A stretch of DNA of 32,000 bases, from NCBI GenBank assembly GCA_023388195.1, contig JAEWGR010000056.1, forward strand, positions 42,151-74,150. Reading direction: 5' to 3'. Below the pieces are notes generated by a model. The model had not been told where the DNA came from and did not search any database. It saw only the letters and a list, made by a program, of their open reading frames with translations. Each line of letters begins with the position of its first letter. Within the stretch, counting starts at the first letter, position 1. The position numbers and the translations under genes are program-made. Shown piece after piece: positions 13,166 to 21,287 of the stretch. The stretch is from Bacillota bacterium. Its GTDB lineage: Bacteria > Bacillota > Negativicutes > Sporomusales > Sporomusaceae.

Positions 13166-15832
13166 ATGGAATTAATTTATTCACGCTTTATCGGCGGGCC
13201 TAATGTATATAGCTACCGGCCTGTAATCAAAGCCTTGCTGGATATTGGCGCCTATGAGGATATTGCCAGTAATGCGATTGCCGGCTTTGTGGCCCGTTTG
13301 CTGGCTTTATTACCCGGACTGGAGCAGCATTCCTGCTCGCGGGGTTACGCCGGCGGTTTTGCTGAACGTTTACAGGAAGGAACTTATATGGCTCATATCT
13401 TTGAACATGTTGCCCTGGAACTGCAGACGTTGGCTGGTCAGGAATATATGTCAGCCTTTGGCAAGACCCGGGGCGCCGGCCGGCCGGGCGTTTACCAGGT
13501 TGTAATAGGCTGTAAATCAGGTCCTGTCGGTCTGGCCGCTGCGGAAGGAGCATATTGCCTGCTTACAGCTGTGCTCAGGAACCGCGAATTCAATGTGCCT
13601 GAGCTGGTAGCGCGGCTGAAACGAGTTGGTGATGACGCTAAACTGGGACCAAGTACCGAGGCAATTTTCGCCGCGGCCAGGCGCCGCGGTATTCCCATAT
13701 TACGCCCTGATTATGATAATAATTTTCTCATCATGGGCCATGGCAGCAGGCAAGAGCGGGTTTGGGCTACGGTGACCGGCAGGACAAGCTCGGTGGCTGT
13801 TGACTTAGTTGGCGATAAATATCTCACCAATAAACTTCTGCGTCAGAATGCTATCCCTGTTCCCAACGGGTATATAGTCGCCGGCAGCAATGAAGCCCTG
13901 ACAGCATTTGCGGCTATTGGCGGGCCTGTTGTTATTAAACCTGCCGGGGGAAACCATGGCAAAGGGGTAACCCTTAATATCCGGAGTGAAGAAGAGGTTG
14001 AGCAGGCAGTCCGGTTTGCCGCGCAGTTTGATGAGCGTATTTTGGTGGAAGAGTATATAGAAGGCCGTCAATACCGGCTGTGCCTGGTTAATGGCAGGCT
14101 GGTTGCAGGTGCTGAGAGGATACCCGCTCACGTAATTGGCGACGGCAGCCGTACAATTGCCGAGTTGGCAGATATAGTAAATCTGGATCCGGCACGTGGT
14201 TTAGGACATAGCCGCGCTTTGACCCGGCTGGAGCTGGGGGCTGCTGCTCAAACTACGCTAGCCAGGCAGAATTTAACGACAGCGTCTGTTCCGCAAGCAG
14301 GTCAATTTGTTTTTATCCGGGATAACGCAAACTTAAGTGCCGGCGCCACCGCTGCGGATGTAACCGATGTTATCCATCCCGATACGGTACAACTGGTGGA
14401 ACGGGCAGTTCGGCTGGTCGGTCTGGATGTGGCTGGCGTTGATTTGGTAATTCCTGATATTACAATGCCATTACAGCTCAACAATGGCGCCATAATTGAG
14501 ATTAATGCCGCACCCGGTCTCCGGATGCATCTGTATCCGAGTACCGGTTTGGCACGGGATGTCGGAGCAGCAATTGTTGATTATTTGTTCCCGGCAGGCA
14601 GTGACGGCCGGATTCCGATTATCGCGGTTACTGGTACAAACGGTAAAACAACAGTGACTAGGTTGATTTCCCATATTTTCCGCCTTGCCGGCCATAAAAC
14701 CGGCATGACTACGTCAGATGGTATTTATGTGAACCACGAATGTATCGCCCAGGGCGATACCACCGGGCCGGTAAGTGCTGCTATGGTATTGGCCGACCCC
14801 ACCGTGGAGGTTGCTGTACTTGAAGTGGCGCGGGGCGGGATTATTCGCGGCGGATTAGGTTATGATGCTGCCGATGTGGGGGTTATCACCAATATTACGG
14901 AAGATCACATTGGTCAGGATGGTATCGAGGACCTTGATGATTTAGCCCATATTAAATCATTGGTTATTGAAACCGTCCGCCCCGATGGTTCAATACTGCT
15001 TAATGCCGATGATCTCCGGATCGTGACCCTGCGATCACGGGTTAAAGCGGAAATTATTTATTTCAGTGCCAAGCCGGATAATATCATTGTCAGACGGCAC
15101 TTAGGCGAAGGCGGCAAGGCCTGTTTTATTAAAAACGGGGTAATTTACCTTGCAAAGGGGCAGAATGAACAGCCGGTCATACATATCACCGACATTCCGC
15201 TGACCTTGCAGGGGTATGCCGGACATAATATTCAAAATGCGGTAATTGCCGCGGCTGCTTGCTGGTGCCAGGGCCTGCAGCCGGCAGAAATCAGCAAAGG
15301 GTTAATCAGCTTCTGTGAAAACCCGGGACGGCTTATGTTAATGGATGTTGGCAATTTTCGGGTTTGTGTTGACTATGCACACAATCCCGCCGGTTGTCAG
15401 GCCCTGGTGAGTACCCTGCGGCGCCTCAATCCCCGGCGGCTTATTGGTGTTATCGCGGCGCCTGGTGACCGGCGTGATGATATCATCGTCCGTTTTGGCC
15501 GGGAGGCAGGACAGGGTTTCGACAGGCTGTTTATCAAGGAAGATGCTGACCTGCGTGGCCGTCAGCCCGGCGAAACGGCGGCTTTACTTGTTCAGGGAGC
15601 GCTGGAAGCAGGTTTTGCCACTGAACGGATTATAACCATCCTTGACGAACGGGAAGCTGTGGCGGCGGCTTTGGCCCAGGCTGAACAAGGTGATCTCGTT
15701 GCTGTCTTTTACGAGCAGTATGGAATAGTTCTGGAAACTATAACCGGTTTCTGTAAAACTGATGCTGCCTGTCACGAGGACAAGGCAGAGTATCAGGAAC
15801 TGGTTGTTGCCGGCGTCCGTGTTGAAGGGTAA
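13166..15832 (+). CDS. cphA: Cyanophycin synthetase
   Basis: 888 aa with an N-terminal CphA domain, an ATP-grasp region (VVIKPAGGNHGKGV) and a Mur-ligase-like region (VTGTNGKTTVTRL). RBS is AGGGAGG. Confidence 0.95.
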   Translation: MELIYSRFIGGPNVYSYRPVIKALLDIGAYEDIASNAIAGFVARLLALLPGLEQHSCSRGYAGGFAERLQEGTYMAHIFEHVALELQTLAGQEYMSAFGKTRGAGRPGVYQVVIGCKSGPVGLAAAEGAYCLLTAVLRNREFNVPELVARLKRVGDDAKLGPSTEAIFAAARRRGIPILRPDYDNNFLIMGHGSRQERVWATVTGRTSSVAVDLVGDKYLTNKLLRQNAIPVPNGYIVAGSNEALTAFAAIGGPVVIKPAGGNHGKGVTLNIRSEEEVEQAVRFAAQFDERILVEEYIEGRQYRLCLVNGRLVAGAERIPAHVIGDGSRTIAELADIVNLDPARGLGHSRALTRLELGAAAQTTLARQNLTTASVPQAGQFVFIRDNANLSAGATAADVTDVIHPDTVQLVERAVRLVGLDVAGVDLVIPDITMPLQLNNGAIIEINAAPGLRMHLYPSTGLARDVGAAIVDYLFPAGSDGRIPIIAVTGTNGKTTVTRLISHIFRLAGHKTGMTTSDGIYVNHECIAQGDTTGPVSAAMVLADPTVEVAVLEVARGGIIRGGLGYDAADVGVITNITEDHIGQDGIEDLDDLAHIKSLVIETVRPDGSILLNADDLRIVTLRSRVKAEIIYFSAKPDNIIVRRHLGEGGKACFIKNGVIYLAKGQNEQPVIHITDIPLTLQGYAGHNIQNAVIAAAACWCQGLQPAEISKGLISFCENPGRLMLMDVGNFRVCVDYAHNPAGCQALVSTLRRLNPRRLIGVIAAPGDRRDDIIVRFGREAGQGFDRLFIKEDADLRGRQPGETAALLVQGALEAGFATERIITILDEREAVAAALAQAEQGDLVAVFYEQYGIVLETITGFCKTDAACHEDKAEYQELVVAGVRVEG

Positions 15833-15861
15833 GAAAAAAATTTTGTGCGGAAAATTGGCAG

Positions 15862-15890
15862 TTGCAGGCAAATACATGAGCAGGTAGAAT
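15862..15890 (+). promoter_or_regulatory. Sigma-A-like promoter upstream of cheW-ispE
   Basis: TTGCAG (15862-15867), a 17-nt spacer, then TAGAAT (15885-15890). Confidence 0.45.
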
Positions 15891-15925
15891 ATAATACTGT
15901 AAGATGTATGTGGAGGTGTTCCGTG

Positions 15926-16402
15926 ATGGAGACAAGCAGTCTAATTGTTGATCAGGAACTGCAACTGGTGGTTTTTCGTCTGGCTAGAGAAGAATATGGC
16001 TTGCCTATTACCAAAGTGCAGGAGATAAATCGCCTGGTTCCTATAACTAAACTGCCGCAGACGCCGGCCTTTATGGAAGGAATTATAAATTTACGGGGAA
16101 GGATTATTCCCGTAATTGACCTACGAAAACGTTTTCAGCTAGAGATCTCCAGCTATAATGATGACAGCCGGATTATTATTGTCGAGGTTGATGGGCAGAC
16201 GGTTGGTATCATTGTTGATTCTGTGACTGAGGTAGTTCGTTTGGCGGCAGTAAGTGTCGAACCGCCGCCGCCGACCTTTATTCTGGATGCCAGATATATT
16301 CAAGGTGTGGGTAAACTTGACGACCGGTTGCTTATCCTGCTGGAGATTGACCGGATTCTGACTTCACAAGAGACGATAACATTAAAGCAGTTAAGCGCTT
16401 AA
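15926..16402 (+). CDS. cheW: Chemotaxis coupling protein CheW
   Basis: CheW-domain pattern LVVFRLAREEYGLPITKVQEI...INLRGRIIPVIDLRKRF...VGIIVDSVTEV. The start is ATG 15926 with GGAGGTG 9 nt upstream; the upstream extension in the ORF track looks non-coding. Confidence 0.9.
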   Translation: METSSLIVDQELQLVVFRLAREEYGLPITKVQEINRLVPITKLPQTPAFMEGIINLRGRIIPVIDLRKRFQLEISSYNDDSRIIIVEVDGQTVGIIVDSVTEVVRLAAVSVEPPPPTFILDARYIQGVGKLDDRLLILLEIDRILTSQETITLKQLSA

Positions 16403-16412
16403 GGTGTCCGGA

Positions 16413-17273
16413 ATGCTGACACTTACAGCCTATGCTAAAATTAATCTGGCGCTTGATGTATACTCTAAACGGCCTGATGGCTATCACGAAGTGGCTATGA
16501 TTATGCAGTCGGTTAGCCTTGCGGATACAATCGTATTAACCGGACAGCCGGCAGGTATTGATCTTAGTGTTACTATTCCGGGTTTGCCAGCAGATGGTAA
16601 TAACCTGGCTTATCGTGCCGCTGTGCTGCTTAGGGAATATGCAAAGACCGGTAAAGGTGTACACATTCACCTGGAGAAGAAAATCCCGCTGGCGGCAGGT
16701 TTGGCTGGCGGCAGCGCCGACGCCGCTGCAGTGCTCAGGGGATTGAATCAGTTGTGGCAGCTCGGCCTCAGCTTGGACGAGCTTAGCAAACTGGCAGCCG
16801 AATTGGGATCAGACGTACCTTTTTGCCTATATAATGGCACCATGCTGGCAACAGGCCGGGGGGAGATTGTAAAACCATTGCCGCCTATGCCTGACTGTTA
16901 TGTCATATTAGCTAAACCGGCTGTTGAGGTATCAACCGCCTGGGTGTATGGCCGGTTTGCAGCTAATGAGATCAGAGTCCGGCCGGATATTAACGCAATG
17001 CGTGAAAATCTTGCACAAGGCAATCTTGCCGGTGTGGCCAGTCGTTTGACAAACGTTCTTGAAAGTGTCACAATTCCCGCGTATCCCCAAATCGCAGAAA
17101 TAAAAAATGCTATGCTGACATACGGGGCCATGGCGGCATTAATGTCTGGCAGCGGACCTACTGTATTCGGTCTTGCCGGCAGTCAGACCCAGGCTGAATG
17201 GATTGCCAGGCAATTAAAGGCGCAAGGGGTGCCGGAAATATTTGTGGCAAAAACAGTATCAAAGGTGGAGTGA
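16413..17273 (+). CDS. ispE: 4-diphosphocytidyl-2-C-methyl-D-erythritol kinase
   Basis: AYAKINLALDV N-terminus and GHMP-kinase motif PLAAGLAGGSADAAA. ATG 16413 has AAGGTG 6 nt upstream. GTG 16404 is an alternative start. Confidence 0.95.
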   Translation: MLTLTAYAKINLALDVYSKRPDGYHEVAMIMQSVSLADTIVLTGQPAGIDLSVTIPGLPADGNNLAYRAAVLLREYAKTGKGVHIHLEKKIPLAAGLAGGSADAAAVLRGLNQLWQLGLSLDELSKLAAELGSDVPFCLYNGTMLATGRGEIVKPLPPMPDCYVILAKPAVEVSTAWVYGRFAANEIRVRPDINAMRENLAQGNLAGVASRLTNVLESVTIPAYPQIAEIKNAMLTYGAMAALMSGSGPTVFGLAGSQTQAEWIARQLKAQGVPEIFVAKTVSKVE

Positions 17274-17275
17274 TT

Positions 17276-17959
17276 GTGGAGAGGCGATTGGTACCGATTA
17301 AATTAGACAGCTACAAACCGCTACGGGAGGTTGTGGCTGAAACGCTTAGAGAAGCGATTGTAAGTGGCACGTTGAAGCCCGGCGAGCGTCTTATGGAGAT
17401 TCAATTGGCTGAAGAACTGGGGGTTAGCCGGACACCGGTCCGTGAAGCAATCAGAAAACTGGAGCTGGAAGGTTTTGTGGTGATGATTCCCCGGCGGGGG
17501 ACCTATGTGGCTGATCTGTCGATCAAAGATATAAATGAGGTATTTGAAATCCGGACAGCCCTTGATGTGCTGGCAGCCGGCCTGGCTGTTGAGCGCATTA
17601 CCGAGGATGAACTTGAGCAACTCGAACGTCTGCTGGTCGAGATTGGCGAATTGATTGAAGAGGACGATGCCGATAAAATCGTAGAATCTGACAGCCAGTT
17701 CCATGATATTTTATACAGAGCCAGCCGGAATGACCGTTTAGTGGGCATTATTAATAATCTCAGAGAGCAGTTCACCCGTTTTCGTTCCATCTCGATTCAA
17801 TATCCGGGCCGGATGCAGAAATCAGTAGAGGAACACCGGCGTCTGGTGGAAGCGATTGCCAGCCGGGACACTGATCTGGCCCAGCAACTGGCTCGCGAAC
17901 ATATGGAAAACTCAGAGCAGACATTGCTCCAGGATTTGAACGAGCGCCGTCAGACTTAA
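17276..17959 (+). CDS. GntR-family transcriptional regulator (FadR/FCD subfamily)
   Basis: wHTH segment LREAIVSGTLKPGERLMEIQLAEELGVSRTPVREAIRKLELEG followed by a helical FCD-like C-terminal domain. GTG 17276 follows GGTGGAG by 5 nt. The ORF-track start at 17198 lies inside ispE. Confidence 0.85.
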   Translation: MERRLVPIKLDSYKPLREVVAETLREAIVSGTLKPGERLMEIQLAEELGVSRTPVREAIRKLELEGFVVMIPRRGTYVADLSIKDINEVFEIRTALDVLAAGLAVERITEDELEQLERLLVEIGELIEEDDADKIVESDSQFHDILYRASRNDRLVGIINNLREQFTRFRSISIQYPGRMQKSVEEHRRLVEAIASRDTDLAQQLAREHMENSEQTLLQDLNERRQT

Positions 17960-17983
17960 ATTCTCGAAGGGGTGTACTAACAC

Positions 17984-18742
17984 ATGTATGATGCTATAAT
18001 CCTAGCTGGTGGCGAAAACAGTGAACATCTAAACCGCTATACGTCCCAGCCTTACGAGGCGATGATTGATATTGCCGGTAAACCAATGGTTGAACTTGTA
18101 GCCAGTGCTCTGGCGGCCAGTTCACAGGTATCGCGCATTTTTATTGCCGGTCCGGTTGGTGAATTGGCTACATGCTCCTTTCCGGACAAAGCAGTCATTG
18201 TGGCTGGCGGTCGGACAATTATCGAAACCATCAGCTTAGGGATGAAGGCATTAGGACATGAGAATCTGACACTGGTCGTGACGGCCGACATTCCCCTGCT
18301 GACGCCGACGGCTGTCGAGGATTTTCTGTCACAGTGCGCCGGTATACAGGCCGAGTTATATTACCCTATCGTTACCCGCCGCAACCATGAACACCGCTTT
18401 CCGGGAAATAAACGCACTTTTGTGCGCTTACGGGAAGGGACTTTTACCGGGGGAAACATTTTTTTGGTTGACCCCAAAATAGTGACCCGGTGTATGGCAG
18501 TGGCGGAAAGAATTATTGCAAATCGTAAGAATCCGTTTAAGTTATGCTGCTTGTTAGGCTGGACTTTTGTTGTGCAGTTTCTTTTTGGCCGGCTCAAACT
18601 AAAGCAAGTGGAAAAAAGAGCAGGCGATATTTTGGGGATCAAGGGTGCGGTAATTCAATCGCAATATGCAGAACTCGGCATCGATGTGGACAAACCCAGT
18701 GATTTGGAATTAGTACGGAGCTGTTTTATACAAAGTCTTTAA
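17984..18742 (+). CDS. MobA-like NTP-transferase-domain protein (nucleotidyltransferase)
   Basis: N-terminal AIILAGGENS ... DIAGKPMV ... VVTADIPLL is the signature of GT-A nucleotidyltransferases. The substrate is unknown. Confidence 0.7.
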   Translation: MYDAIILAGGENSEHLNRYTSQPYEAMIDIAGKPMVELVASALAASSQVSRIFIAGPVGELATCSFPDKAVIVAGGRTIIETISLGMKALGHENLTLVVTADIPLLTPTAVEDFLSQCAGIQAELYYPIVTRRNHEHRFPGNKRTFVRLREGTFTGGNIFLVDPKIVTRCMAVAERIIANRKNPFKLCCLLGWTFVVQFLFGRLKLKQVEKRAGDILGIKGAVIQSQYAELGIDVDKPSDLELVRSCFIQSL

Positions 18743-18746
18743 TAAG

Positions 18747-18768
18747 ACGCGGGTAATCCGCGTTTTTT
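18747..18768 (+). terminator. Intrinsic terminator after the cheW-to-nucleotidyltransferase gene string
   Basis: ACGCGG (18747-18752) pairs with CCGCGT (18758-18763) around a 5-nt loop and runs into T6. Confidence 0.8.
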
Positions 18769-18774
18769 GCTGTC

Positions 18775-18960
18775 TGCCAGAGTATAATAAATTTCTGTGG
18801 ACACAAGGCTTGTGACGACATTCCGAGGGGCTTGGCACAGTCAAGTCTTTTTTTGACCTACCAGAATTTACAATAAAATTCTGTGGATATAAGAAACGAC
18901 GAAGGCTTCTGCCGGCGCCCTGAAGGACTTGGCACAAGCCCAGTCTTTTTTATTTTTTTG
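18775..18960 (+). repeat. Copies C1 (internally deleted) and C2 (full length) of the hairpin-terminated element, in tandem
   Basis: C2 reads AATTCTGTGGATATAAGAAACGACGAAGGCTTCTGCCGGCGCCCTGAAGGACTTGGCACAAGCCCAGTCTTTTTT. C1 reads ATTTCTGTGGACACAAGG...CCGAGGGGCTTGGCACAGTCAAGTCTTTTTTT. Confidence 0.9.
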
Positions 18961-19058
18961 TTCCCGGGCAGGAATTGCTGCATCTATAGAGAATGTGAAT
19001 AAAAAAATATATTTAGGAGAAAATATTCGGTATTTCCCTGATTGTGGAGGCAGTAAGA

Positions 19059-19877
19059 ATGGATAAAGTACGGAAAATGGAGAGGGTATCTGCATTAACC
19101 AAGTTGATTGCAGACAGGCCCCGGCATTTGTTTTCACTCAGTCAGTTTAGCGAGCTGTTTGGTGCTGCTAAATCAACAATCTGTGAAGATATTACCACCA
19201 TAAAGGAAACACTGGGACATTTCGGGCTGGGAACCATTGAGACTGTCGCGGGGGCAGCCGGTGGAATACGGTTTATTCCTGCTGTATCGCCCCGGGAGAC
19301 TGATAAACTGCTAAATGAACTGGCCCAGCGTCTGGCTGAGCCGGATCGCATTATTCCCGGCGGTTTTTTGTATATGTCAGATTTACTGTTTACCCCTCAT
19401 TTAATGGTCAAAGTAGGCGAGATATTTATGGAACGTTTGGCCCATTTATCGCCTGACTATATCCTGACAGTTGAGACTAAGGGGATCCCACTGGCTTTTA
19501 TGACTGCACGGGCCTTTGACTTGCCGTTGATTACTGTGCGGCGCGGCAGCAAGGTAACAGAGGGTTCGGCGGTTAGTATCAACTATGTAACCGGATCGTA
19601 CAAGCGCATTCAGTCTATGTCGCTGCCTAAGCGGGCTCTGCCGGCCGGTGCCAAAGTGCTGATTATCGATGACTTTATGAAGGCCGGCGGCACTGCCCGG
19701 GGGATGGTAGATTTGGCCCAGGAGGTAGGGGCTAAAGTGTGTGGTATTGGGGTGCTTGTGGCTACAGCGGAGCCGGAACCCAAATTAGTGGAAGACTATC
19801 TGGCCTTGCTTATTTTACATGAGGTACATGAACATACTAAAGTAACAGATATCAGGCCGGTGCTCACAACCGGCTAA
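19059..19877 (+). CDS. purR: Purine operon repressor PurR
   Basis: PurR-type N-terminal DNA-binding domain (RVSALTKLIADRPRHLFSLSQFSELFGAAKSTICEDI) plus a PRT domain (VLIIDDFMKAGGTARG). GGAGG lies 8 nt before ATG 19059. Confidence 0.9.
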   Translation: MDKVRKMERVSALTKLIADRPRHLFSLSQFSELFGAAKSTICEDITTIKETLGHFGLGTIETVAGAAGGIRFIPAVSPRETDKLLNELAQRLAEPDRIIPGGFLYMSDLLFTPHLMVKVGEIFMERLAHLSPDYILTVETKGIPLAFMTARAFDLPLITVRRGSKVTEGSAVSINYVTGSYKRIQSMSLPKRALPAGAKVLIIDDFMKAGGTARGMVDLAQEVGAKVCGIGVLVATAEPEPKLVEDYLALLILHEVHEHTKVTDIRPVLTTG

Positions 19878-19932
19878 TGTGATCTTACGGGCTGTTAGCG
19901 CAGGCCCCATTAGCGTTAAAGGGGGAAGACAG

Positions 19933-21153
19933 GTGTTTAGTACTATGACCGGTGTAACACTGTCAGATATTGAGAAAGCCAGGGAAGCGCTGGCTGGAGT
20001 TATTCATCACACTACTCTTGACCGCAGCAGTACGTTTAGTTCGTTGGCAAGCAGTGAGGTTTATTTAAAATTAGAAAACCTGCAGAAAACCGGATCGTTC
20101 AAGATCCGGGGCGCCTATAATAAAATTAAGCATTTAACCCCGGAGGAAAAACAGCGCGGGGTTATTGCTGCTTCCGCCGGCAATCATGCCCAAGGCGTTG
20201 CTTATGGGGCCAGGGCAGCCGGTATTAAGGCCACGATTGTTATGCCGGAGATTGCGCCGTTGGCTAAAATAACGGCTACCCGGGGTTATGGGGCTGAGGT
20301 TGTTCTGGCCGGCGGCGTCTATGATGAAGCCTATGCCAAAGCGCTGGAACTGCAGGCCGAAACCGGACAGACATTCATCCATGCTTTTAACGATCATGCC
20401 GTTATCGCCGGGCAAGGGACAATTGGTCTGGAAATTTTAGAGGACCTGGAAGATGTCGATGCTATTGTCGTGCCTATTGGCGGGGGGGGTTTGATTGCCG
20501 GTATTGCTGTGGCCGTAAAAGAATTGGCCCCCCATGTAAAAGTGTATGGTGTGCAGGCTCAGGGAGCGCCGGCCATGTATATGTCCAAAAAGGCGCATGC
20601 TATTAAAACGACCAGGGACGCGGAAACGTTTGCTGATGGTATTGCTGTCAAAATTCCTGGAGACTTGACTTTTGAACTGATCGAAAGATATGTGGACGAT
20701 ATTGTTGTCATTGATGATGAAGCAATTGCCGGCACAATTCTGATGTTGTTAGAGCGGGCCAAGCTGATGGTTGAAGGTGCCGGGGCGATTAGTCTTGCAG
20801 CTATTTTACATGATAAGATTCCGGCAAAGGGCAAGCTTGTCAGTGTAATCTCCGGTGGCAATGTTGACGTCAATTTTATATCCCGCATAATTGAACGTGG
20901 TCTGGTAAAGGCCGGCCGGCGTGTGCGTCTTCAGACTGTTGTCGTAGACCGGCCGGGCAGCCTGCAGCGGCTGCTGGCTGTCATTGCCAGGCTGCAGGCC
21001 AATGTTTTATATGTTTCCCATGACCGGGTTGAGCGGCACGTGCCCTTGGGCCAGGCGGTTGTCGAGATCGGGCTGGAGACGAGAGATGTTCTTCATACAG
21101 AGCACATAATGGCTTCCCTGCGTCAGGAACAGTATAAGGTGGACATTATTTAA
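19933..21153 (+). CDS. ilvA: Threonine ammonia-lyase (threonine dehydratase) with C-terminal ACT-like domain
   Basis: PLP-lysine motif GSFKIRGAYNK, GGGGLIAG glycine loop and C-terminal regulatory segment RLQTVVVDRPGSLQRLLAVIA. The start is GTG 19933 (RBS AAAGGGGGA 6-7 nt upstream) or ATG 19945. Confidence 0.9.
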   Translation: MFSTMTGVTLSDIEKAREALAGVIHHTTLDRSSTFSSLASSEVYLKLENLQKTGSFKIRGAYNKIKHLTPEEKQRGVIAASAGNHAQGVAYGARAAGIKATIVMPEIAPLAKITATRGYGAEVVLAGGVYDEAYAKALELQAETGQTFIHAFNDHAVIAGQGTIGLEILEDLEDVDAIVVPIGGGGLIAGIAVAVKELAPHVKVYGVQAQGAPAMYMSKKAHAIKTTRDAETFADGIAVKIPGDLTFELIERYVDDIVVIDDEAIAGTILMLLERAKLMVEGAGAISLAAILHDKIPAKGKLVSVISGGNVDVNFISRIIERGLVKAGRRVRLQTVVVDRPGSLQRLLAVIARLQANVLYVSHDRVERHVPLGQAVVEIGLETRDVLHTEHIMASLRQEQYKVDII

Positions 21154-21287
21154 CGGCTGCGCTGAGGCAAAAGCTGGTTTATTTGCATACCTTAGAGGAA
21201 TATGAAATTTTGTGTCGAAGGGATATTACTTGTTCCAAATTGAGCAATCCTGATCGTTTAACAACCGTCGGGAATGGAGGTATATAG

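Noticed and set aside
19022-19034. PurBox-like sequence AATATTCGGTATT just upstream of purR (reverse complement of AWWWCCGAACWWT, 12 of 13 positions)
   Set aside because: It is only a single half-site with the conserved G replaced by A. Functional PurBoxes occur as inverted pairs, and I found no partner within about 20 bp. This is insufficient to call autoregulation.
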